64,000 nucleotides of DNA from Ramazzottius varieornatus (taxonomy: Eukaryota > Animalia > Tardigrada): positions 1 through 64,000 of the forward strand of contig BDGG01000006.1 in assembly GCA_001949185.1 (NCBI GenBank), in the 5' to 3' direction. The notes below the pieces were generated by a model that made no database searches, was not told the origin of the DNA, and saw only the letters and a list, made by a program, of their open reading frames with translations. This document shows, in pieces, positions 51,701-64,000 of this stretch. The translations under genes were made by a program, and so were the position numbers. How positions within the stretch are numbered: position 1 is the first letter of the stretch; each line of letters begins with the position of its first letter.

Positions 51701-52559
51701 CCTCTTGACGCTATCAAGCACTCATGTTGCATGCATGTGAAACTCTTGATGGTCTTCCACTTCAAGCTCAGGCCTGCATGCTTCCGCTACTGCAGCAGCC
51801 TGTCCGCGCTCATCTCACCTCCCCACTACCTACTTGGCTCTTTTACCCCCGACGAGGTATTTCCATGTTGCACTGGCAGAAAACAGTGCCAGCGTCAATG
51901 AGTTGGAATGAGCCTTTCAACAACATTACTAGCGCGGCCATCTGCTGCCACATTGCTTCAAGGCTCATACTGATCTGCAACTGATATACTCTACATAGAG
52001 TAAAGAGGGAGAGAATGACAGCAGAAGGTGCGGAAAAGAGCACCCTTATCACTCGCCCTGCCGTCCGCCACCATGCCATCGTCCACATAGGGCGGAAGTG
52101 ACTCACAAAATACAGATTACCAGCAATCACAGCACACACTACCCACTCGCCTGACAGACGTGACATGTTTATCCCTCTCCAACCTCCCCTTAAAGAGATT
52201 TCCTCCTTCCCTGCAGATTGACCCTTCACGCTTTCACCCATAGCCCCTGGTCAAGCAGAAATGAGCTGCAGGAAGAGCTAATTAAGGGCCACCATCACAG
52301 CGATGTCCCCAACCCAGAGCATCTCATCATCAAACTACTTGTGCGACCCTCTGGCTTGACCACCGGCTAACTGCCTCGTAATGGAACGCTGTGGCCCAGC
52401 AAGCCGTTCTCCGAGGACCGCAAGTCCCAGCTAGAGTTACCAACACCAACAGGACCGTGCACCCTCACCAGTTCAGGGGGCACCAGCACGGCCGTAATTG
52501 GTAAGATAACGACGAGGCCGTGCACGACTCACCCATAAGTCGATTCCCCAGTTGGCCAT
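48706..52559 (-). CDS. CIP4: F-BAR-HR1-SH3 protein of the CIP4/FNBP1/TOCA-1 family
   Basis: Exon 1 MANWGIDLW (52533-52559), then DRHDAVAAHTQKGIDFL, DLAGQHE, VVERYKSGF. HR1 region DFSDQPPQQRKRK..RDALMKMKGVYEANPSMGDP. SH3 ALYDFE..LSFEEGE..DQGDGWT..EGFVPTSY. Confidence 0.93.
50439..50599. mobile_element. MITE-like fold-back element in a CIP4 intron
   Basis: Arms ctgcggagctatctagctcgtttagctc / gagctaaaacgagctaaatagctccgcag, plus an inner IR ttctacga / tcgtagaa. Confidence 0.65.
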
Positions 52560-53879
52560 TGCCGTACGCGCACTTAATTCTCCTCTCAGCTTCGTCACCG
52601 GAAATTAACGAATATCCCCACAATCTGCAACCACACATACAGATTCCACGTACGAACGCAAGAGAACCATGCATACTGAGACAGTAAACCAGTCCTCCAC
52701 CAAGCTGGACGTACAAAGGTTAGATGACTTTAGAAGTTCGGAGATGATTTCCAGTTCAATAGCCGATAATCAGTAGCAAGATACGTCAATTTTAGCCACG
52801 TCGCAGATCATTCCACCATCTTCCACTTTTCCAGATCAGACAGAATTGTGGACACTATCACCTGCGAAGATAGAAAACACTTGGAAAGAGGTCGGGGGGT
52901 AAGGAGTACAGACAGCGTCACGGCTGGGCAAAGAACATGTTGCTATTTACAAATTTTACAGCGGCACCTACCTTATGCCACTTCGGGCCTGTGGCTGTCG
53001 TCAAGGCAAGGAGAGTCATAACATGTAATCCCTCTAGATAGTCCTGGTCTTACGGCTGGTCCCTGACTGGAAGCAACACAGCATGAGCAAAAGATGAGCA
53101 GAACACGCGACGAGTTTGGAGGTACACAAAACTGATGCTGATAACGTAAACGCTTAAGGAATAAACGATTAAACAAATTTTCACGCGCGGCAGGCCGTAC
53201 TACAAACCAAGCAGCCGCTCCGCTTCGCACCATAAGCGAAACGGAATCTACCGGGTCCGTCCAGTCTGACTCTGCGGGTGGTGCCGGAAGTGGGGCTTTG
53301 GTAGCCGGATTACGCAAGGTGCTATCCATATCTCCATCGGCCACGGCAAATGAAAAATCGACTGTTCTTTCAAGGCACAAAGCGAGACATGTCTTTTTGC
53401 AATTGCGCCAGTTGAAACTCTCCTTTATGGCAAGAAACTGCATAGGAAAGAGCCCCAGCAAAAGACCAATTCCGCTGATACTAATTTCGGCAAATTAAAC
53501 AGTTGTCGTCCTTTCTGGCCAGTATCTGTACACTAGTGTACAGTATCAAGACAATGCAGGAGGGCACAACTAGGGGCCAATAAATACTTTATACGTGTTT
53601 AAAAAGAGCACCAGAAATGTATCAATCATACAGAAGAAGACTGTCGTCCATTGGTAATGAGTGGAGGCAATCTGCCGCTGTAAAAAAAGCAAGTCTCTTG
53701 TTCCATTGCAAGGCACTGGCGGTCATACATCTCTGCATCGACATTGGGAAAGGTGGACATGTCTCTTGACAGGTGGATGAATAAATAGGAAAAGAAGGAG
53801 GCATCTCTGTCTGGGTAAAGAAAAGGTAAAGGTAGACAGTAGGAAAAGCACAGAAGATGGCTACCACTATGGTCGTTGC

Positions 53880-56800
53880 TCAGCGAGGCGCTGCCCATCG
53901 TGAGGCCGAGACGGCATTGTGGGCCAGTGGCGGAGACAGTGCTCCGTTGCCCAATGAGGGAAACTCTTGGGTGTCGCCGGAAGAGGGGACGGCCATGTCG
54001 GCGTTGCCATCGCTAGCACTGTGGCCATTGTGCTTCTGCCAGGGAGCGCCCTGAATGACGAAGCCACTGCCGTTGTTGGGCCGATCGCCGCTGTCCTCGT
54101 TGTATCGCGAGGGAGCGTGATAACGCGACAAGGCAGAGTTGTCGGCCACTTGGTCCAACTACATAGAAGAGGGGGTAAGACATACAACCATCTACAGCTA
54201 CGGACAAACTGGGCACTTACATAGTCATCCTCCAGGCGTTTCAGCTCCGTTTCGGCATCATAGACGGCCTCCTCCGTATCGCCGGTGATGACCACCAGGT
54301 TGGGGTTGTCATCTTCGCGCCGCGGGAAGCGGACATCCACCTTGAACTTGTCCATAAACTTGCGGATAGCCAGGCCCTTGCCGCCGATGATGCGATTATG
54401 AATGCGACTGTCCAGCATCACTTCCAGGATAACCTTGTTGCTCTACAGACATAAACACATCATATCAGACATGGAGTTTTAGACGGTGGGTAAAGCAGTA
54501 GACGATTGTACCTCGGCGTCGATGATGGACTGGATCTTGTCGCGAGCGGCCTTGGCCTTGTCTTCGTAACCCAGCAGGATGATACGATCGGCGTTGTCGG
54601 GGCCGTCACTGTCCCGGGGGAACTGCACCTCGACGTCAAAGTCCTTCCTTAGCTTGTTGACTTCCACTCCGCCCCGACCAATCAGCTTAAAGTGATACTT
54701 GGGGTCGACGCGCATCTCCACCCGGTAGCTGCGCAGTGCCTGTATGGTGGACAAGGATGCAGCATCTTTTACAACTAGAGGCGGAGAAAGCCAGGCTGCC
54801 TTACTTACGCGCTCTTCCTTCTGCTTGTCCAGGGCGGCCACTTGTTCCTCCATGCCCTTCTTGGCGGCCTCAATGTCCCTGGGCAGACCCGTCAGCTTGA
54901 TAATGTCACTGTGGGCCTCGGGGTTGGGGACGTTAATGTTAACATGCCAGGCCTCCATCAGCTTGCGAATGTTGCTGCCGCCTTTGCCGATGAGGCTGCG
55001 GTGATAGTCGAAGGGCACCGACATCTCCACCACCACCGGCACCAAGGCCTAGACCAAAAGACAAGGGCCACATATTAAAGCCTCCGCCTCCTCCTCCTTC
55101 CCCTTCTTGACAAAGGCAAGGCACCTACCAGCAGGGCTTCTTTGGCAGCCTCAACGTCCTCGGGGCGGCCCGTAATGGTCACCATCTCCTTCTTGACCTG
55201 CCCATCGCCATTGGTCAAGGGGCTCTCCTGCTCCGACGTTGCTTCGTTCTCCTTGCCACCGTTACGGCCTCCTCCATTGCGTTGTTCTTCGCGCCGCTCC
55301 GGGAACTTGATGCGAACCTACAGCCAGAGGACACCTTGTCATTTAGGCATGTCAAAAATGGTCCTTTGTGTACCTTGTGGTCCTGCTGAATCTGGTTGAC
55401 GCGTTGGCCCTTGGGGCCCATGATGGAGCCGTAAAAGCGGGGCGCAATGTCCACTTGGCTGCTAATCTCCGCTTCCCAGTCCTGGACTTGGGCCAAGAGT
55501 AGTGAGCGCGCCTTATCGACAGCCTCACGGGGACCCCGCAGTGCCACCGTCACCGTCTCACTGGCGGCCACCTCCGCTGTCCAGGGGAAGGTGATGCCCA
55601 CCGAGCCCGCGCAGCGCTCAATCTCTTGCAAGACTTCACCCCGGCGAGCGAGGAAGCGCTCTTGATGCTTGACCGGCACCTCCACACTCTCCTCCACCGT
55701 GTTTTGCTACAAGACAACCACCATCCATCATGGCCTGCTATTGCTTCAGCTGGTCAACCTGCCCCGACTGGCCGATGGCACTTTTCAAAGTGGGAAGCTA
55801 GCGAGGACAGTCATACAAGCGCAATCAAGGCCTTACTTACCAGTTCCTTCAGCAGCTTGTCCACTTCGGCCTTGGCCTTCTCCACCTCCTCCTTCTTGCC
55901 GATAATGGTCAGCACGTCCAGCTGCTCGTCCTCGCCGCCAGGGAAGACGATGCGAACATTGTGGCTGCGGCGAATGCTGTCGGCGTGGTTGCGAAGGTAC
56001 TTGTGGTACTCCGGCTTGGCGGCGACGTCCAAGGAGAAGGAGGACAACTCGTGGTCATCGGCCATCTTGCGGATCAAGGCTGCCGCCTTGTCGGCGTCCG
56101 CCTTGGGACCCGTCACTGTGATGATGTCCGACGTCTCCCCCGTCTTAGGCAACTGGATGCGCACATTGCCGCACTCCTGGATGATACCTACAAAGGCCAT
56201 CTCCTTATTTGCTACCAGCTGTCAACAAGTCGTCCTGTCGGCAGGCAAAACTGGAGAAGATGCTCTTCCCACAAGTGGCAGACACTTCCCCTCTTACTGC
56301 ATCAGAGTGTACGCCACTTGCGGTTGAACGAGCTGGTCGCTGTTGTGGCCGCCGCTACAGTGCGAGGCTATAAGAGGGCATAATTATACTGCGTAATGCG
56401 GAGCACTTTGATGGTTGGGATACGCAGCCCATCAGTGCCATCATCCCAGTTGCCCGTTACGTTACTCTATTACGTCTGCCTCGGCCACAGTAGCCGATAC
56501 AGCTGCCGCCCTCTCGCTTCTCTGGTCTTTGCCCAGTGGCAGACTTTGGGTCCAGCCGTCTGTACCTTTGATGGTGCGGCCATTCTTGCCGATCAAGTGA
56601 GTGTGCAGCTTGTTGGGCACCTGCACCTTGACTTCGACGGCGTTGGCCAGCTCGTTCTGAATCTTTTGGATCATGTCGCGGGCCTTCTCGGCATTCTCCT
56701 TCTTGCCGGTGATGGTAATGACGTCAGAGTCCGAGTTCTCGGCTGGCAAGTCAATCTTGGTCTCTGTCTCTTCCCGAATCTACAAAAACAGCCAGGCGCC

Positions 56801-59285
56801 AGCTCACCTACTTGTTGGCGCTAAACATGACTAGCAAAGCCATGACCATAAGGCCCGAGAGGGGAGGGCGGGCAGCCTACCTTGCGGATGGTGGCTCCTC
56901 CTTTACCAATGATGGAACGATGCATATCCTTGAAGATGGGCACTTCGATACGATGGTTGCTGACTACCTGCAACAGCATGGCTCTAAGTTTAAAGACAAG
57001 GGGCTATCCTTTCTGGCCACAGCCTCCTACCAAGTCTTTAACCAGCTTCTCCAGGTACTTGAAGCACTTGTCAACCTCCTCCTTGGGCCCGCGAACCGTC
57101 ACTATGTCGCTGTTGTCTTCGGCGTCGGGGAAGAGGACGTTGGTCTCCTTAAAGTGCTCGCGAATCTCGCGGATGCGCTCGCCCTTCTGGCCGATAATCA
57201 GCTTGTGCAGCCGCCGGTCAATGATCATGTCGCGGGCCCGTTCATTCTCCATCTTGCCGATGCGCTCCTTCAGGTTCTTGACGGCTTCCACCACCGCCGA
57301 CTTTGCTCCCTCCACAATCAGCACATTCTGCTTCGCTCCATCCTGCGAGCGAATTTGCACCCCCAACTCTGCCTTTAATCGGCCCACTGCAAGCAGGTAC
57401 AACAAGGGTCAAGCAATAAAAGAGGCATATATCAGACAGGTTGTCACTGACCGTTGGCCCCATTCTTGCCGATAATGTGCTTCATAAACTTTTCATCAAC
57501 CGTCATTTCTTGGAGGGCCAGCGTCTCCACCAGCTCCTTGGACTCGCTCTCCAACTGCTGGCGGACCAGGTTGACGTCGTTGGGTGGCCCCTCAATCTCG
57601 ATGCGGTCGCCTTCCGTGTTGTAGCGAATATGCACTTCCGGGTACTTTTGGCTCAGTTCCCGCACCTTGTCGCCGCCACGGCCAATCATGTGCTTGTGGA
57701 TCCAGTTGGGCGCCGCCACCTCCACCCGCACCACACTGTTGGCCTGTCATCAGAACACAACACGTCACCTTCCTTCCACATGAGACACATCTAAACGATG
57801 GCAACCGCCAGTCGTAGTATAAGAGCATTATGGTCATTATTATACTACTGACTGATTCAAAGAGGGTAACTGGGCAGTCGTTCTATAACGATGAAAAAAG
57901 TAAGGGGGCTTAGTTTTCGACGGCTGATGGCTGGTACTGTACCTTGGACCAGACAATGTTGAGAGCTTGGCCGAACTTGGCTGGATCGCCGCGGAGAGTG
58001 ACACTGCTACTGTCCGAGTCGGGGGCTGGTAGCTCGACCCAGACGCCCGTTCTCTCCAGAATGTGGTGCAGGTTGGCACTTCGGGGTCCCTGCACGTAGC
58101 GATGCTGTCCCCGAGGCACTTCCACCGTCAACACTTTCGACCGTTGAGCCTGGACATTATCACAAAGATAGACATATTTATACCGTCACAGTCCACTCCT
58201 GCCAGCATACAGTCATGGTCATGGTACACTCACAACATCGTTGTAAATCTTGAGCAATTCATTCTTGACAAAGGCCACCGCTTCCTTCTCTCCTGTCACC
58301 CCAATCTCGTCCTGTTGGACCGACGGTGGGGGCACGTGAATCTGCACAGCGTACTGCTGACGAAGGCGCTCCACCGTGGCGTTGTTGGGGCCCATGACAA
58401 AGGGATGGAAAGCCTGCAAAGAGCAGCGGACACCTGGTTAGCCTGTGCCCACCGCCAAGCCTCACTCTGTACTTACCTTGGGGATGGGGATACGTTCAGC
58501 GCCGCGTTTGGACTGTTCCTCGTAGATCTGCATGATACGCTGGCGAGCGCTGTCGATGCTCTCTTTAGGACCGCTAATGCGGATGGCGTCGCTATCCTCG
58601 TCCATGCGGGGGACAAAAATCTTGGTGGCGGTGGCGCTCTCGATCTCCTGCTTGACGGCACCTTTGGGGCCCAGCAGGAAGCGATGGTACTCTTTGGGAA
58701 TGTTGAGGGCAATGTTGGCTTGCGACTGTAGCCGTTGTAGAGCCAAGTTGCGGGCTCGCCGAGCCTCCTCCTTCTTGCCCGTAATCAGCAGTGTCAGGCT
58801 GCCGTCCTTGTTCTGCGTCATGTTGATGCTGACACCTGCCCAACAATTTCTGCTCACTGTAAGGGACCCGAGCTCATCCACACTGATTGTATATACCCCT
58901 TACCCGTTTCCTTTTGAATGTCGACGCAAACGCTGCGCTCACTTTCGCCTTCCCTGCCGAAGCGTTCGGCCTCGCTCTTCAGACGGCGCTCTTCGTAGGA
59001 GATGACCAGTTTCTGCAAAGAGAGAGATGGTATCAGCAGGATAGTCAATCTGCCAGCCACGGGGACGTTGCCTACCTCGTGAGCGATGTTGGACTGGAGA
59101 GCCGGTCGGGAGGTGTGGGCCGGTCGAGCGGCCCAGGGCGAAGTGGTGGGCAGTGCCGGCCGTCCCGTGTCGGGCAGCGAGGGGAAGGCGTCAGCATAGC
59201 TCAGTCCGCCCTTATCGCCTGCCGACGAGCCTGCCACAGCTCCTGTCCCGCTTCCTGACGGGCCAGCTTCTTCAGGCAGGTCCAT
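53880..59285 (-). CDS. HDLBP: Vigilin (HDLBP/Dp1), multi-KH-domain RNA-binding protein
   Basis: N-terminal SYADAFPSLP and many KH GxxG loops (HRFLLGPKG, HKHMIGRGG, HKLIIGQKG, HRSIIGKGG, HTHLIGKNG, HRSLIGKGG, HNRIIGGKG). C-terminus GFVIQGAPW..TQEFPSLG..WAAPR*. Confidence 0.95.
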
Positions 59286-61015
59286 CTTCTCTCCTTTAAT
59301 TCGTCAACGACAATCAACGTCCACACTGTATCCGCAAAATCTAACCAGTCTTTCGCTACAGAGCCAACCCAGTACTCCTGCAATCACACCAAGACAACCA
59401 TCAACCTCCCTCTTCCGGCAAAGTCACTGCTCATCCTAACAGCAAACTGATTGTGTTCCGCCCCTTCTGGGCTCCATCGTCTACCTACAGAAAGTACGTA
59501 CAAGCGATACTGTACCACCTGCCGACAACATGGTGGTGTCCGTTAACTACGTCATTTGGTAAGCTGATCCTCCCCTTTTGTGCCCAACTTCTCTCATCAA
59601 TGTGTTCCTCACTATCAATCATAACATTCAAGCAGTTGCCTTCAATCATCAACGACTAGCCAACTGTTTGAGGTACAAGTCTAATATCGAGTCCACATGT
59701 TGCGCGAAGCAAGGACCCATGCATGGTCACGACGTTCTCGTAGATACATAAAGGTTGAATTATTTGGGAATGTTCAAATGATGGCAGCGACCACCTCCGT
59801 CTTCAGTCTAGCTAAAGAGAAATGCCGGTAGAGAGCATTGTCATCATATCATCAAGCTGTAACATTCTCGGCATAACTTGAAGGTAACCTCGGCCCACAA
59901 CCGGTTTCTTCAAACAACTACACCGATTGTCAGCAAACAAGCACTGACAACGCGGCGGCGGCGGACCTCCCTTCCTTGAAACACATGCAAGTCGACCTTC
60001 GCATCTCAACCAGCACTGCTGACTCTGCTTCAAGCACTGCCCTACCATCAAGCATACCATGACCCAGGCAGGCAGGCAAACCATCGTAGTATCGTCAACG
60101 TCGCAGTCAACCAAGACATAACATCTTCGCCACGTCGACCATCGTTTCCGGTTCAACACTAATCATCAAAGTATTGCGCCATCGCTATCTTCCCTTCTCC
60201 ATCCCTCCCTCTCTGCACAATTCGCAAAAAGAAGTTAAAACCTCACATTCCTCCATGTATAAATGTATACCCTTAAATAGCTGGAATCTAGTTTACGGCT
60301 CTCACACTATTGACACAAGCGACGGATTTGTTTGAAGGAAAAGACCCAATTTCATGCCCTGATCAACTGACGCACATTAGCCTGCATGCCGCCTGCCCTT
60401 TTGCGGCATTGGTAGTTACTGGCACTGGCTGCACATCAATCAACCAGAGCTCGGACGGCTAGCCTGCGATTAACCTTTGATTGACCAACCCCCTAGGATG
60501 TATCCATTTACACTCCCTTTTTCACTTTCCTCACTGTCATCCGCATCGCGTATTCTTTCCCGTAGCTTCAAGCTGATTGATGATAACGCAACAGGATTAT
60601 GACTAGCTTGCGAGGGAATGAGAGCGCGAGCGTCAGGATATAACTGGTTACGCAGAAACCGGATGCAAAATGCCACAGACTTACAGAGTACTGTTTCCAG
60701 AGAATCGGCCGGGGTGAAGATGCCTGCGTGGATGTCCAGCTTGATCCTGGGGGTGCGTCGGGCAGGTAAACCGTGGAGACCAAGTCACAAAGCTACGTCC
60801 AGTTGTCACGTCGGCAGCATCGCTACTGAAATGACAAGAAGCAGAAATGACTGCCTGTGTGTTCGACTTGGCGCCGCGTGCCATACTTCAGCCTGAAGAG
60901 ATAAGTTACGTGGAAATGATGAGCTTCGTACCTACCTTCGACAATCGCGTCCACGTCAACGAGATACACATACACCAGCTGCTTGTCTTCTGGCCCAAAC
61001 TACCTTCGTACACAA

Positions 61016-61071
61016 CCCGATAAAACGATAGCGGAATAAAATGTTTCTTATTCCGCTATCGTTTTATCGGG
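61016..61071. repeat. Perfect hairpin, 24-bp arms with 8-nt loop
   Basis: cccgataaaacgatagcggaataa-aatgtttc-ttattccgctatcgttttatcggg. Confidence 0.9.
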
Positions 61072-61404
61072 CTTAACTGGCCGAGATAACAATTCAAGAC
61101 TGCCGTGACGTCGACTGGTGACGTGATCACCCCGTGAGCCACCAATGGCCCACTATTCACCGTCCGACGCCCCTGAAGTAAACTCTTAAAGGGTCCTAAA
61201 CCTCTGATCGGCTGAATCCCCAGTTTTTGCACCTACGCCTCAATTATACACCAAGTGGGACTTGGGCCTACGTGAGAAACTGAACATAGCTCAGAAGTCA
61301 GAACCTGCAGACTGCAGTCTTCTCCGGGGCCTTCAACACGGACCACTAAAGCAAGCACGACCTTGGTCCTTGGTTCTTGCCTTCTCGGTCCTTGCACTAT
61401 GCAC

Positions 61405-61450
61405 AGGTTTTCAGTACATGCAGTTTGCACTATGCATGTACTGAAAACCT
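61405..61450. repeat. Perfect hairpin, 18-bp arms with 10-nt loop
   Basis: aggttttcagtacatgca-gtttgcacta-tgcatgtactgaaaacct. Confidence 0.85.
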
Positions 61451-61542
61451 TGATTCAGTCCTTGTAAAAATCAGAGTCTGACTATTCTCAACTCGTGTTG
61501 TTCTTCTGATAAGTGATAGGCACATCGAAAGATATCTTGATA

Positions 61543-62027
61543 TCGGCGGCCCAATTTGGGGACAAACGTTCTCCAGTCTGATTGTTCAGGAAACGAGTTT
61601 GAAGTTTTGGAACCCCAAGGGCAAAGTTAAACTGATGATGCAATCGAGTGTAGCAAACATCGATTGTGAAGTCCAAATGGTCATCTGACCAGACCAGTGG
61701 GCAGAGGACTTCGTCAGGAAAGTTTGAAGTGATTCGAAGTTCGACTGACAAAGTTTTGACGTCACAATGACATCATTCACCCTGAATGTTGTCTGCATCT
61801 GTGGTCTCTTCTAGCAATAAACCCCCATTTAGGGGTGCTTCAGCAACTAATCACCCCTAGATTTTTCGGCAAACTCTTCTCAAAAGGGCGAACAGTTTTG
61901 TGAAACTCCTATCTGTGGCGAAGCGTTGCGGTTGCAGCACACGATACCCTTGGATGTTCAAAAGAGCTTGATGTCAGAAAACGGTCGTTTGGGGTCAGAA
62001 CAGTTTGTCTCCAAATTGGGCCGCCGA
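61543..62027. mobile_element. Inverted-repeat-bounded element (about 485 bp), probable MITE or internal part of one
   Basis: tcggcggcccaatttggggacaaac / gtttgtctccaaattgggccgccga. Confidence 0.55.
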
Positions 62028-62388
62028 AACCCATCTATTTGTTGATCGTAAAAATTTCGTGCTCAAGTGGAGAAACCATATACTTGTACCAGTTGTGACG
62101 TCAGAAAAGGTGTTGTCGATGGCCGATGGACATAAGAGTATTGGACAAGAAGACAACATGGAATTTCAATATACCGTTTGACGTCAAGGGCAGGCCTATC
62201 TGGATGGAATATCAATTTTTTTCGGAAAACTGGTCTCGTTTCTGGATAGTTCCTTATCCCCTAAATCTCCAACACTTTCCTATTCGATTCCACCAAGTCC
62301 GCAGGAAGGGATCACGTTTTTAAACAGTTGAAATCTGAGAAAACTACACTGCAAGACGTGGCGAGATAATCTCGTCATGGTTCTCATA

Positions 62389-62497
62389 CAGTGCTGAAAA
62401 TGCATCCCTTCCTGTGGTCACGCGACGTTAGTTACCATTGATCAACTTTCCAAGACCACGTGAAAAGAGCACCGAAAGGGATGCATTTTCAACACTG
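62389..62497. mobile_element. Tc1/mariner-type MITE (109 bp) with TA target duplication
   Basis: TA-cagtgctgaaaatgcatccctt...aagggatgcattttcaacactg-TA. Confidence 0.8.
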
Positions 62498-63842
62498 TAT
62501 CACGTCTACGAAATCTGGCGAACTGATGAAAGGCGTCATTTGAAAAGCTAGAGAATTACTGTAGTTCGGGATTAGGAAATGGACAGCCTTCAACCACCAT
62601 TTCATCAACGTACCGAGGTCTTGAAAGTGAATTTGGGATACAGGTCACAGACGAGGAAGCAAGCACGAACGGTTGGGTGCGCCTCTCAACGTATCTGCCC
62701 ACGTGTCTTGCCGTGGAAACAACGTTGGCCACATGACGTGCAGTGTCATATGGAGCGCACAGTGCACGCACTGTTGTATCCCAGTGAGGAGTGCAGTCAG
62801 TGCACCGTAGCACGTGTCCGAAGAAGATTTAGAAGATCCCGCGTGATCAAGATTCCACAGAGCCGCCATTTTCACCGTCAGTGGCGCCACCCATGGCAGG
62901 CCGTTCGCGCACATGGTCATGATAATATTTACAGCGCGGCCTGCCAATATCCAGTTCCGAACGGTTCACCAACTGGTTTGCCATTGCCACCCGTTCTCTC
63001 CCGGCAGGCTGCGCTTGATTGGTTGAACGGTCCATGCTTTGTTCAAATTTACTGAAGGCAAAATCTTGGCTGGGACTATCTTCCTGTAGCTTTTCCTGGA
63101 GCCAACTGTGCAGCAGAGACGTATCGGACTGATGAAATAGAACAAGGACAGGATGAAGAAATGTTCCGCCGTCGAAAATCAGAGCGAGACAGCGCTTTTG
63201 GTGATAAATCCACCAAGACGTGGGCTACCAGAGTGATGTTGTGGTTCCAAGATTATCATCGGCGACGAGCAGCATTCTCTGGAAGAAAATATTGCCGTTT
63301 TCTGTACCTCGCTTACCATCTCGGGGGTTCAAAACCCAGAGTGATACTACGCCAGGGCCTAGGAGCAGTTTGAAGGCAAGATCCCGCGTGGTCAGTGTGG
63401 AAAGAGGGGAACATCAACAATGGAGCCAAAACCAACAGTTTCACGACGAAAGAACATACGCTGTCATTGATTGCTGATTGAATGCGCCACCACAACAGTA
63501 GGCTTTGAATTTTATTTTGAGTGTGCCCTCGAGAGAAAACTCTTCCCCGTCGCAAATAAACCAACAAGAACCAGTACGGCCATTTATAATACGAGAATTG
63601 AGTCTAGTATATTCAACGCCAGATAAGTTAAAACGAAGAGCGCGCCCGAAGATAAAGCGAGGGAAAAATATACAGCGATATTTCGTGGAACACTATAACC
63701 AGAAACCAAAGGAATACACAAGTGATACTATGCTCGATGGATGTAGCAGCTAGAAGGTCTCGTCCAGAGGAGTTGAAAAAGAGGATCTAAAAGACAAAAA
63801 CAAGAGTGTTGATTGTGCTGGATGTGGCGGCAATATTGAAGC

Positions 63843-63858
63843 GAGAGAGAGAGAGAGA
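63843..63858. repeat. (GA)n microsatellite
   Basis: gagagagagagagaga. Confidence 0.8.
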
Positions 63859-64000
63859 AGCCATCTTGCTCACGTTTCAACGTCCTGAAAAAGAGAACTC
63901 GATTATTCGTCATCAGATTCCTCTTCTTCCTCTGACTGCTGTTGCTGCTTCTTGGAGTTGCCACCAGCAGCAGCTTTGGGTGCAGATTTAGCGGAAGTAG

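Noticed and set aside
53867-59258. Numerous long plus-strand and alternative-frame ORFs over vigilin (similarly over CIP4 and XPO1)
   Set aside because: Shadow ORFs caused by high GC3 codon usage in the real genes.
62556-63480. Overlapping 60-158 aa ORFs at the right end of the window
   Set aside because: No motifs and no convincing splice pattern; likely non-coding DNA or a heavily decayed element.
1-64000. CRISPR arrays, operons, rRNA genes or prokaryotic defence systems
   Set aside because: The sequence is spliceosomal-intron-rich animal DNA. I saw no regularly spaced repeat-spacer arrays or rRNA signatures.

Overview
Gene-dense eukaryotic (invertebrate animal) DNA with short GT-AG introns, mostly about 50-130 nt. 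The compact architecture and moderate GC suggest a tardigrade-like genome, but that is inference only. Spliced genes reconstructed by eye, in order: beta-arrestin (+), an intronless orphan ORF (-), exportin-1/CRM1 (+), an SLC41/MgtE Mg2+ transporter (+), prominin (+), a Fos/kayak bZIP (+), TBCEL (-), glia maturation factor (+), a TMEM179-like protein (-), an OFA/OxlT-type MFS transporter (-, horizontal-transfer candidate) with a tandem pseudogene copy, an F-BAR/HR1/SH3 protein of the CIP4/FNBP1 family (-) and vigilin (-). Mobile DNA includes a decayed CRE-like RLE non-LTR retrotransposon lying antisense just behind the SLC41 stop, a Tc4/Tc5-like DDD transposon with 154-bp TIRs, several MITEs and several perfect hairpins. 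The most unusual region is 37.5-48.3 kb. It holds the putative foreign MFS gene pair differing by one intron, the Tc5-like element, and an unknown spliced ORF whose 168-nt intron is almost entirely a 44-bp-arm fold-back. No database searches were run, so family calls rest on motif recognition.
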